Below are positions 1 through 10,841 of a DNA stretch of 64,000 nucleotides, piece after piece (position 1 is the stretch's first letter; every line of letters begins with the position of its first letter). Source of the stretch: Mobula hypostoma (lineage: Eukaryota). The stretch is taken from assembly GCF_963921235.1 (NCBI RefSeq), contig NC_086097.1, forward strand, positions 30,878,001-30,942,000. The letters run 5' to 3'. Position numbers and translations under genes: made by a program. The notes beneath the pieces are model-generated. The model did no database searches. It was not told where the DNA came from and saw nothing but the letters and a program-made list of their open reading frames with translations.

Positions 1-480
1 ATCCTCCTGTCAAATTAGTTTAAACCCTCCCCAACAGCTCTAGTAAACCTGCCCACAAGGATATTGGTCCTTATTAGGTTCAGGTATAACCTGTTTCTTT
101 TATATAAATCATACCTTTCCCAAAAGAGGTCCCAATAATCCAGAAAACTGAACCCCTGCCCCTGTATCAGTTTCTCAGCCACGCATTCATTTGCAAAATC
201 ATCCTATTCTTACCCTCACTGGCACATGGCAGCAATCCAGAGACTACTATCCTGGGGGTCCTGATTTTCAGCTTTCTATCTCGCTCCCTAAAATCTCTCT
301 TCAGGGCCTCCTTACCTTTCCTACCTTTGTCATTGGTGGCAATATGTACCAAGACTCCTGGCTACTCACCCTCCCCCTTTAGAATGCTTATGGACCCAAT
401 CCGAGGCATTCCTGACCCCGGCACCTGGGAGGCAACATATCCTCCAAGTGTCTCTATTGCAGCCACAGAATTTCATCTCT
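1..480 (-). mobile_element. CR1 LINE fragment, ORF1 (SGNH esterase-like)
   Basis: ORF 167-352 (HIATND...IVVSGLLP...MNAWLR) is homologous to the ORF1 segments at 14057-14575 and 26232-26576. Confidence 0.8.
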
Positions 481-524
481 ATTCCTCTAACTATGGAATG
501 TCCGATTTTGCAATCTTGAGTTTA

Positions 525-680
525 TAATGAGGTGCTGGATGTGGGTTTGATTGCAAACTTTAAGAAAAGTTTGGATAAGTACATAAACGGGAGGTGTATG
601 GAGGGCTATAGTCCAGGTACAGGTTGATGGTTCCACATTGACTAGATGGGCCGAAGGGCCTGTTTCTGTGCTGCAGTGAT
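525..680 (+). mobile_element. CR1 3' end fragment
   Basis: Carries the CR1-type tail gatgggccgaagggcctgtttctgtgctg shared with other copies in the window. Confidence 0.7.
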
Positions 681-689
681 TCTGTTAAT

Positions 690-1560
690 GCAAGCAAAAG
701 GAGATCCAGGACCTCAATAAGTGGCTACACAATGGTGGCAAGAAAGGAGTTTCTGATTATGGAGCAATGGCACCAGCTCAGGGGATAGATTGAGTAAGAT
801 GGCGTATGCCTGGAAAGGAAGCAAACTAATAAATTGGAAAAAGCATAAAAGCATAAATATTTGTGCAAGTAAGGAGGAGGAGCAGCTGGTAAAATCAAAG
901 CACTCAGTGGCAAGATAGAAAGGTAGCGATGGATGAGGTCATCCCACATTTTTTCAGAAAATAAAGCAAAATAAGAGGAAATGAGAGGAGGGCAGTTAAC
1001 TTAGCCTTTCATTATAGGAAAGAGCGAGATAAAGGAACGATGTACAATCTGTGATAAAAATAAATCACGACTCAAGAAGTTATGTTAAATACGAACAAAA
1101 AACCTCGAGGTATTACAATGCTTGAAATGTGGGAAAATAAACCATGGAAACTTAAAACAATATCACAGGAAAATATAGATTTAATCACACAGAAACTTGG
1201 CTGCAAACTGTGCGGTGGTAATAAAGTGAACTCATCAGGTTGCAATACTCTTTTAAGAGCCAGAACAGTAAAACAAGACGAATGGTGACACGAGAGACAG
1301 AACCCCTGCTGAAGAGAGGGCAGGTGCACATGACAGGAATTCAGACAATCAGTGTGATTAGAGATCACAGATAAAATGCAGAGATTGCTCCATTAGTGGG
1401 CTTAATGACAGATTCCCTCCTCCAACAAACCACAGGATGGAACCTGTGGACAGATAAGTGAGGCGAGTGCAGATTACAAAATTAGCATTCCTCGAGCTTT
1501 TAATAACCCGTTCCTTGACTGAGAGACAAGTAAAAAGGGCGGGAAATTCTATGGTAGTCT
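690..1560 (+). mobile_element. Highly decayed CR1 ORF1/ORF2 junction
   Basis: Remnants EIQDLNKWL (ORF1) and TETWLQ (APE endonuclease) in broken frames. Confidence 0.45.
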
Positions 1561-1609
1561 CTTCTGTGCAGAAATTTGGAGAAGGGTGTTTGAAAGGTTC
1601 AAAACGCAG

Positions 1610-1747
1610 AAGGGTCCTGATGAAAGGTCTCAGGCCAAAATGCCGACCCTTTATTCTTCTCCATAGATGCTGCGGGACCTGCTGAGTTCCTCCAGCATTT
1701 TGAGTGTGTTGCTCTGGATTTCCAGCAGCTGTACAATCTCCTGTGTT
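1610..1747 (+). mobile_element. Penelope-derived short repeat with degenerate hammerhead motif
   Basis: aagggtc-CTGATGA-aaggtctcaggcc-aaaatgcc-gaccctt, followed by the family body ccatagatgctgc...gctgagttcctccagcattttg. Confidence 0.75.
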
Positions 1748-1800
1748 GAAAATTCAGCAGGCTTGAGTTGAAGATGAATGAGGACAATGAGAACAGTGAC

Positions 1801-2030
1801 AATTAAAGATTAGCTTTATTTATCACACATACATCTAAACATAGAGTGAGATGTGTCGTTTTCATCAATGACTAACAAAGTATGAGGATGTGCTGGGGCA
1901 GCCCGCAAATGTCTCCATGCTTCCGGTGCCAACATAGCATGCCTATGACTTACTAAACCTAACCAGTGCAGGAATTGAAACCTAATTGGTGATCACTGGC
2001 GCTGTAAGGCATTCTGCTATCTGCTATGTG
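1801..2030 (-). mobile_element. SINE-like repeat with LINE-type 3' tail
   Basis: Related copies at about 30500-30670, 33830-34150, 37650-37810 and 63230-63575 (motif gacacttgcgggctgcccc...tgtgataaataaa). Confidence 0.6.
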
Positions 2031-2334
2031 AATAAGGACACTGAACAGGTAAAAACCTGTATCACAAAGTCAAGACAAAATACAGGATATTGGATTAGAA
2101 TAGGGCACATTCCACTTTTTAGAGAGCAGAGTGTGAGTTCAAGGAAGATGGCAGAGATTTAACACTGGAATGTTTTCAGAAGGGGCTGATATATATAGCA
2201 TAGAGTTAGAGAAGATCAAATACTTAAACCACACCTTTTTATGTTACTGGATAGAATGTGTTTTCTGCACTAGCAGTGTATAATCCATTCAAAAAGAGAA
2301 CTGTTAATATAGTGAAATATCAATGCTACATAGA

Positions 2335-2770
2335 GCGATAGGACATATCAGGGTGTGATCTGTGCTGGACTTACAGGCACTGCAGCTTACAATGTCGTGC
2401 CAGCCTTTCAACCTACTCCGTGATCAATCTAATCCTTCCACATAGCCTTCCATTTTTCTTTCATCCATGTCCCTATCCAAGTATCTCCTAAATGTCCTTA
2501 ATTTTTCTGCCTCTACTACCACACTGGCAAGGCATTCCAGGCACTCACCACTCCCTGGGTTAAAAAAAAACTATCCCTAAACTTTCCTCCACTCACATTA
2601 AAAAAATGTCCTCTGGTATTAGCCAGTGAAAAGGCTAATACAAAAAGGCACTGACTGTGTCCTCGATCTATGTCTCTTGTACACTTCTATCAACTCACCT
2701 CTCATCCTTTCGTTCCAAGAGAAAAGGTCACACAATCTTTCCTCAAAAGATATGCTCTCTAATCATGATA
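2335..2770 (-). mobile_element. CR1 3' fragment
   Basis: Reverse complement of the CR1 ORF2 C-terminus and 3' UTR seen in other copies. Confidence 0.65.
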
Positions 2771-2771
2771 A

Positions 2772-5170
2772 TCAAGAGGTGCAGGTATGATATCTGGAAA
2801 GCCATCTCTAGGGCAACCAAGATGGTACATGGCGATTCTCTGTGGGCTGCAGGAATTTGTACCAAAAATTCCTCTTAAATATACTCCTTTCGAACTACTT
2901 TTGCTACAACCTGCGGTACGTAAATTTCCTCTTTACAACGGACTAAGAAATTACATCAATGATCGTCAGATTTCTGTTCAATGGTTAAATGCAGACCCTT
3001 AAAGCGTGGCGCCTTTAAGGGTCAATGCCAAGGCCAAGAACGCAGCAGGAGAGGTGGGATTCAAACCAGACTGCTACCATCTTGTTAGCAAATGCACAAT
3101 CACTTAAAAATAAGATTGACAATCTCTGGGCAAGGCTGCCGTATCAGAGGCAGATTTCAATTGTTTGTTGCATTGAGACTTAGTTAACAGTGAACACGCC
3201 ATCCAGCAAGAAGGTTTTACGATTTTCAGAATGAATCGAACCTCAACTTCTTGTAAGGAAAAAGTTGGTAGCATATATTTTTAGTCAATTCTCGTTAGCG
3301 CAAGGCTGTCGAGTTATGTCAACTTCTTGTTCCCCTGGCTTAGAACAACTAACAATTAAACGTAGACCATTCTATTTGCCTCGAGAGTCCTCACCCGTGA
3401 TCCTGACCGCAGGTTACATATCACTAGCGGCCGATTATAAGCAAGAACTCCTGAAACTGGAAACAAGAAACGCCTTATCCCAATGCATTTCAAATTATAG
3501 TCAGTGACTTCAGACAGGACTATTTGAAGAAAACCTTGCCCAATTAACACCAGCACATAACCTGCCGCACCAGAGGTCCCAACACATTAAACCACTGCTA
3601 TACTACAATAAGGAATGGATATCGTTCCTTCCCAAGACCGCACTTTGGCAAGTTGGACTGTACAGGTCGACCTTCACTAATCCGGCACCATTGGGACCTG
3701 AGGGGTGCCGGATTGGTGAAAATGCCGAATTACAGAAGGACCACATTAAACATAATCAGTGCCGGATTATCGAAGGAACCAGATTACAGGTAGTCAGATT
3801 AGGGAAGGTCGACTGTATTCTTGCTGCCTGCATACAGAAAGAGCCTAAAAAGCAAGGCTCCCGAGATCGAGACAACTAAGAAGTGGTCGCAGGAGGCTGA
3901 GGAGTGGTTACAGGATTGCCTTGAGTCTGTGGACTGGACCTGTTCAAGAACTTATCTGAGGATCTGAGTGACTACACCAGGGTTGTTACAGACTTTATTA
4001 AAACAGCTGTGGATGAATGTGTCCCCACGACATCATTCAGAGTTTTCCCCAATCAAAAGCCCTGGATGAACAATGAAATCCAGAACCTGCTGAGAGCCAG
4101 ATTACAGGCATTCAAGCTGGAGATCGAGAATGCTACAAGAGATGCAGATATGATCTCCAGAAGGCCATTTCTCAGGCAAGTGGAGATTCTGGACTAGAAT
4201 GGAATCAACAAGGGATGCTCGACAGCTGTTGCAGGGTTTGAATGCCATAAGCTCCTACAAAGCTAAATTTTGCAACATAGGGGACAGCAGAGCTTCACTT
4301 CCAGATGAGCTCAATGCCTTCTGTGCTCACTTTGACCACCGGAACAGGGAGGAACCATCACGCACTCCCATGTCTCCTGATGATCCTTTGGTCTCAGTAT
4401 CTGAGGTTGACATGCAGGCTGCCTTCAAGAGAATGAATCTGAGGAGAGCATCTGGTCCAGACGGAGTACCTGGCCGAGTACTGAAGGCCTGGGCCAACCA
4501 ACTGGCGGATGTATTCACGGATATCTTCAACCTCTCGTTCGGCAGTGTGTAGTACCCACCTACTTCAAGCAGGCCTCAGTTGTACTGGAGTCCAAGAAAA
4601 GCATGGTAACCCGTCTAAATGACTATCACCCAGTGGCACTTCCATCCACAGTGATGAAGTGTATTGTCAGGCTGGTGTTGAAGCATATCAGCTCCTGTCT
4701 GAAAGGTGACTTGGATCTGCTGCAACCCACCTACCAAAGCAACAGGTCTACAGCATATGCTATCTTGTTGGCTCTTCACACAACCCTGGAACATCTGGAC
4801 AATAAAGATACATACATCAGGATGCTCTTTATCGATTACAGCTCAGCATTTAACACCATCATCACCTCAAAGCTAATCAGTAAATTCCAAGCTCTGGGCC
4901 TCAATATCCCCTTGTGCAATTGGATCCTAGATTTCCTCACTTGTAAACCCTAGTCAGTTGGGATTGGCAAAAACATCTCCTCCACAATCTCCATCAGCAC
5001 AGGAGCTCCGCAGGGATGTGCATTTAGTCCCCTGCTCTACTTGCTTTACACCTATAACTGTGTGGCTAAGTACCATGTACATGTTTGCTGACGACACCAC
5101 TGTTGTGGGCTGTATCAAAGGGGGTGATGAATTAGCATACAGGAGGAAGACTGAAAACTTGGCTGAGTGT
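2772..5170 (+). mobile_element. Rex1/Babar-type LINE, decayed, 3'-truncated
   Basis: Broken frames with [39 protein letters not shown] and FADDTTVVG. Endonuclease remnants at 3100-3650. Confidence 0.85.
3663..3815. mobile_element. Tigger/pogo-like MITE inserted in the Rex LINE
   Basis: Terminal inverted repeats cag(g)tcgaccttcactaatc / gattagggaaggtcgactg, flanked by TA at 3661-3662 and 3816-3817. Confidence 0.8.
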
Positions 5171-5677
5171 AAGAGTGTACATTACTCTTTCAAACACATC
5201 CAGAGTAGCCACTGCATATTTAATGAGCACCATCACTGAGCTACTGTTCAAAAGGATAAACTGCAAGTTAGACACAAGAAAAAGATTTCTCTCCACAATT
5301 CTCCAAGGACATGCTCAGAGCACCCTCTGCTGTTGTGGCAGAATACTTCTTTACACCCGTCATTCTCATGAGGACTCACAGGCATGCACCAAGGGGATTA
5401 TGCAAATATCAGATGGCACTCCCAAATTCCTCAGAGATGTGACTATCATCCAGTCACACGTAGGAACCACAAGAAGCCACAGAGGCACAGCCTGGGGAAA
5501 CCATGTCATGAAGCTAGTGAATCTTAATTCAAAAATGTTTTGATAACTACGATCTAATGAGAAAATTGACGTCAGTGTCCTTTCTGATGTCAGTACCAAG
5601 ACTTTGTCTGAACATAACAAGATCCAGTGGGTGAATTACATGCATGACACCAGACTTCTGTAGCAAACACTTTACTT

Positions 5678-6827
5678 CAGGGATATAGTGGAAGGCTCAT
5701 TCACTGCATCTATATGGGTAGAACTCAAAAAATAGGAAGGGTGCAATCACTTTGATGGGATTGTATTATGGACCCCTCAGTAGCCACCGGGACATTGAGG
5801 AACAAATATGCAGGCAGATTCAGGAAAGGTGTAAAACCAATACGGCTGTTGTCATGGGGACTTCAACTTCCCTAATATAAACTGGGATATTCTTAGTGCA
5901 AGAGGTTTAGATGAGGCAGAATTCATTAGGTACATCCAGGAGGGTTTCTTAAATCCATAGGTACAATAGATAGTACAACAAGAGGAGGGGATACACTGTA
6001 CCTGGTGTTGGGTAACGAGCCTAGCCAAGTGACTGACCTTTCAGTGACTGAGCAGTCAGGGAACAGTGACCACAACTCCTTATGGTAAGTATGGCCTTGT
6101 GAGAGAGTATTAAATTGGAGCAGAGAAAGTTATGAGAGCTGTTTTTGGGCAAGTCCACATCTGACATGTGGAAGATGTTTAAAGACACAGAGTACAGGAC
6201 AGTGATCTTCCAGTATGAAGGAAGGACAGGGACATCAAGGTAAGAGAACCTTGGATGTTGAATAATGAGGTGAAGTTAGTCAAGGAGAAAAAGGCAAAGT
6301 GTATACAGCTGAGGAAGCTAGAATCAAACAGAGCCCTTGAGGATTATAAAGAAGCCATAAAAGAACTCAAGGAGGGAACTGGGAAAGCCAGGAGGGGCCT
6401 TGAACACCCCTTTGCAAGTAGAATTCAAAAGAACCCTAAGGCATTCAACACTTGCATCAATAGCAAAAGGATAACTAGGGAGAGGGTAGGACCACTCAAG
6501 GTTAAAGAGGGGGGAATTTGCTTGGATGTGGATGATGATGTGGGTGAGGTCATCAATGAGTACTTTACATCAGTATTTACTAAGTCGAAGGACGTGGAGG
6601 ATAGGGATATCAGTGCTAAGTGTATTGATATGCTAGGGCATTTCAAGGTAAAGGAGGAAGTAGTGTTAGGTCTCTTAAAGAGCATTAAAGTGGATAAGTC
6701 CCCAAGGCCTGATGGGATATATTCCAGGTTATTGATAGAGGCAAGAAAGAGATTGCTGAGGCATTAACCAATATCTTCATGTCCTCTCTAGCCATAGATG
6801 AGGTCTGGGAAACTGGCAAGTAGCTAA
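5678..6827 (+). mobile_element. CR1 LINE ORF2 fragment (endonuclease and linker)
   Basis: ORF 6255-6767 contains NPKAF, YFTSVFTK and KSPRPDGIYSRLL. Confidence 0.85.
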
Positions 6828-9800
6828 TTCTTTTTCTTCTTAAGCCTATCACCCCTACTGGGCACAGGCCACAGACAGCAGCTCACGTGTTCTCAGTCCT
6901 TGGCCAAAGATTGATCAACCCCATTTTCACCGCAAGACTTCATTCATCTTTAGGTGAAGATCCTTCCTCTCCCAGGGATGAGGTCTTTGGACCTACTGTT
7001 ATCGTTTCTGTAGCACTTATTTTTGGGGTGTACGGGGTGCCAGGGAGGAGCAGCACCTCTGGTGCAAAGACTGTCATACCTTCCGAGGTAGGTCTTCCAC
7101 CTTTGATCCTCACCGGGCACTCAGTTCTCATGTGTGGCTCCAAGTAAGCTATTTGCATACAACAACAACCACATCCTGGGCAACGTCTTCGACAGGCCAG
7201 CCAAACCAGGTGAGAGTGGCCATTGGGTTTTTTCTGAATGCTCAGTGACTTCAGGTTTGTCTTCCCAAAACATGTGAAGACTGGATTCGGCAGACTGCAC
7301 GGAGGAAACTACCAGCTGGTTCAACAGGCAGGAAGGCATTTCCCAACACACACTGTGGAGCGCGAAGAGCACAGCAAGACACGTAGACTGCCCTGGTCAT
7401 CCACTACATCCTGACCTATCTCCAGTCATCTTGACTCTTGCCTTGCCACTGGATCCAGACAGACTAGTACAAGAGAGTGAGGTTGACAACTTGTGCAACT
7501 CTCCCTCACTTTAATCAAACTCATGCACAAGTCACAACATCCAAATCCAAGCCCTGTGGTGATGGCAAGCAACAAAGCAGCAGTTGAGGATACACTGGAA
7601 GCCATGGCCGCGGACCAGCACACAGGCGGCTCAGGGCAACGTGTCATTTTTCATTGACTGAAATTGTAGCAGAACTCGGCAGCCACGTAAGTGACAGAGC
7701 AGCCCTTTTCAGGACCATACTGTTCACTTCTGTAGTACAAGGAAGGGGCTAGGAAAGGTGCCCTAAACATTGTCTACTTCACTCAACCCTGGTCAGCACA
7801 CTGCAGATGGCAGGGATCCCACTTCAGCAGTCGAAATCAAAGAAATTGAACAAAACTGACAACGCTCAGAATTGGCACATGGAACATGCAAACCTTAATG
7901 GACAATGCCAAGTCTGACAGACCAGAGAGAAGAACTGCTTTGGTGGCAAGAGAACAGGAGAGGTACAAGATTGACATAGCAGCTCTCTCTGACACTCACT
8001 TGGCCAACAAAGGCCAACTGACAGAAACAGGTGGCAGCTACAAATTCTTCTGGAGTGGACGCAGCAGTACCGAACATCGTGAAGCAAGAGTCAGATTTGC
8101 TATCAAGAACCACCATGTCCAAAAGCTTACCAGTCTACTACAAGGATTCAACAATCATCGACTGACCATGCAACTACCCGAGGAACAAATGCAACATCAC
8201 ACCTAAGGCCCGACGATGATCAACCCAGAGGAAGCCAAAGACAAGTTCTATGGAGAGCTTGATTCCCTGATTGCAACTGTACCAAGGTCAGACAAGTTCC
8301 TTGTCCTGGGAGATTTCAACACTCGAGTGGAAAGAGACCACAATAGGATGTAGTCCTATGGCACAATGGGGTAGGCAAATGCAACAGCAATGACTTGCTT
8401 CTTCTGAAAACCTGTGTCATGCATGACCTGATCATCACCAACATGGTCTTCCGCCTGTCACACTGTAACAAGACGTCTTGGATGCATCCTTGCTCTAAGC
8501 ACTGGCATCTAATTGATTACGTCATCTCCAGAAGATTGACAGACACGATGTCAGAGGGACCAAAGCCATATATGCGACACAGAATGCTGGAAAGACCACC
8601 AATTGATCATTTCCAAAATTAATGAGCATATCCAACCCAAACGATGTCCACAGGCAAGGAAATTTGCCAAGAAGCTCAAAGTCAGCAAGCTGAAATCGGG
8701 TGCTACTGCAGACCACCTGGTTAAAAGCCTTCAGTCACAGCTCACCGATGTTCATCTTGGAAGAAATGTTGCAGAGGAGTGGGCTGCTTTCAGAGATCGA
8801 GTTCACTTTGCCTCCTTCGAGGACCTCGGCCGTACAACAAGGAAGAACCACGACTGGTTCAATGAGAATGACGAGGAGATAAAAATTCTTCTAGGGAAAA
8901 GCACAGGCTGCACAGAGCCTATCAGAATGATTCTTCCTCCATCTCCAAGAAGATAGCATTTGCCGATACATGAAGAACAGTTCAAAGCAAACTCAGAAAG
9001 ATACAAGACTCTTAACTCTGCAAAAAGGCTGGAGATTCAGGGCTATGCCGAGAACGTGACTCAAGAGATTCTTTGATGCTACCAAAACCCTGTACAGCCC
9101 TCAGCCTTCTGGGACCTCACCCCTCCTAAGCGCAGATGGCACCACACTCATCACTGAGAAGGCCAAGGTTCTGGTCAGATGGGCAGAGCATTTTGAATCT
9201 GTACTGAACAGACCATCAATCATAAACGAGGAACCAATTGATTGTCTCGAACAAGTAGGCATCAACCATGCAGTGGACTCTCTTCCCCAAGAGGAAGTCA
9301 AGAAAGCAATAGGCCAGTTGTCAAGTGGCCAGGCTCCCAGAGCAGGTGCTGTACCAGCAGAGGTCTACAAAGCAGATGGTCCACATTACCAGCAAACTGA
9401 CAGAGTTCTTCCTGTCCTTCTAGGAGAAGGGTCAGATTCCACAAGAAATGAAAGATGCATCCATTGTACACCCGTACAATAGGAAGAGAAACTGCCAAGC
9501 ATACAACAACTTCAGAGGCATCTCTCAGTGGCTGAGAAAATCTTAGCCAGAGTCCTGCTAGACAGGCTAAACGCTCATCTGGAATGAGGTCATCTCCCAG
9601 AAAGTGCGGCTTCAGGAAAGGAAGAGGAACTATTAACGTGATCTTTGCTCTGAGACACTCCAAGAAAAATGACAGGAGCAGAACTGTCAGCTCTACACCT
9701 CCTTTGTCGATCTTACCAAGGCCTTCAACACAGTGAGCCGAGAGGCATTATGGAAGATCATGGTTTGGTTGCGCTGGCAAATTCATCACCATGGTCAAGC

Positions 9801-10307
9801 AGTTTCATGACAGGATGTCAGTCTGCATGTTTGATGATGGTGACTGTTCCGTTGCTTTCTCATTGACAAATGGGTCAAGCAGAGATGTGTGCAGGCGCCC
9901 ACCCTCTTCACCATGATGTTCAGTGCAATGTTGACTGATGCATTCTGGGACAGCAATCCTGGAATCCACATCAAATAGAGGATGGATGGCAAGCTGTTCA
10001 ACCTGCGTAGGCTTCAAACCATTACTAAGGTCAAAAAGACGGTGCTGAGAGACTTCCTACTCGCTGACAACTGTGCTCTACACAAGCCGTGTCCGACATG
10101 CAGGACGTCAACACATTTTCCACTGCGTGTGACATCTTCAATCTCACCATCATCACCAAGACGATGGAAGTCATGCACCAAGCAGCCCCAGATTAACCCT
10201 AAGAGGAACCATCAGCTCCAGGCAGTCGACAAGTTCATGCATCTTGGCAGCACGCTCTCAAGAGCAGTTAACGTTGACAATGAGGACAACTGCAGGATCG
10301 CCAAGGC
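6828..10307 (+). mobile_element. RTE-clade LINE (BovB/AviRTE-like), long 5' region, decayed, 3'-truncated
   Basis: Frames read IGTWNMQTLMDNAKSDRPERRTALVARE, KTSWMHPCSKHWHLIDYVI, NHDWFNENDEEIK and DGKLFNLRRLQTITKV...LADNCAL, typical of the single APE+RT ORF of RTE elements. Confidence 0.85.
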
Positions 10308-10795
10308 AGAAGAGATTTACCAGGATGTTGCCTAGATTAAACAGCAAATGCTATAACGAGAGGTTGGAGAAACTTGGGTTGTTTTCTTTGGAGTAATAAA
10401 TGCTGATGATATGAGGGGAGAGCTGATAGAGGTTTATAAGAGGGAGAGATAGATTAGATAGACTTTATATTTTTCCCAAGATTGAAATGTCTGGTACCAG
10501 AGGCATGCATTTAAGGTGAGAGGGGGTGAGTTCAGAGGCAATCTGAGGAGTAAGTATTTTGTACAATGTGTGGTGGGTGACTGCAATGCACTGCCTGTGG
10601 TGGTGGTAGAGGAAAATACAGTGGAGATTTTTAAGAGATGCGCAGGTAAGCACATGAATGTGATGGAAGTGGAAGGATATGGACATTATGCAGGCAGAGC
10701 AGATTAGATTAGTTGCCACTTGACTACTAATTTAAATGGTTTGGCACAACACTGTGGGCCAAAGGACCTATCCCTGTGCTGTACTGTTCTATGTT
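10308..10795 (+). mobile_element. CR1 3' end
   Basis: Begins agaagagatttaccaggatgttgcc (RRFTRMLP region) and ends in the CR1 tail gtgctgtactgttctatg. Confidence 0.8.
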
Positions 10796-10841
10796 TGCTC
10801 TGAGCTCCATGAAGTATTGAATGCAATAGGAGTGTTACATT

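Noticed and set aside
5175..5640. ORFs 5175-5543 and 5366-5620 as nudt14 exons or another gene
   Set aside because: No resemblance to expected NUDT14 sequence or any domain I recognise, and no convincing splice signals.
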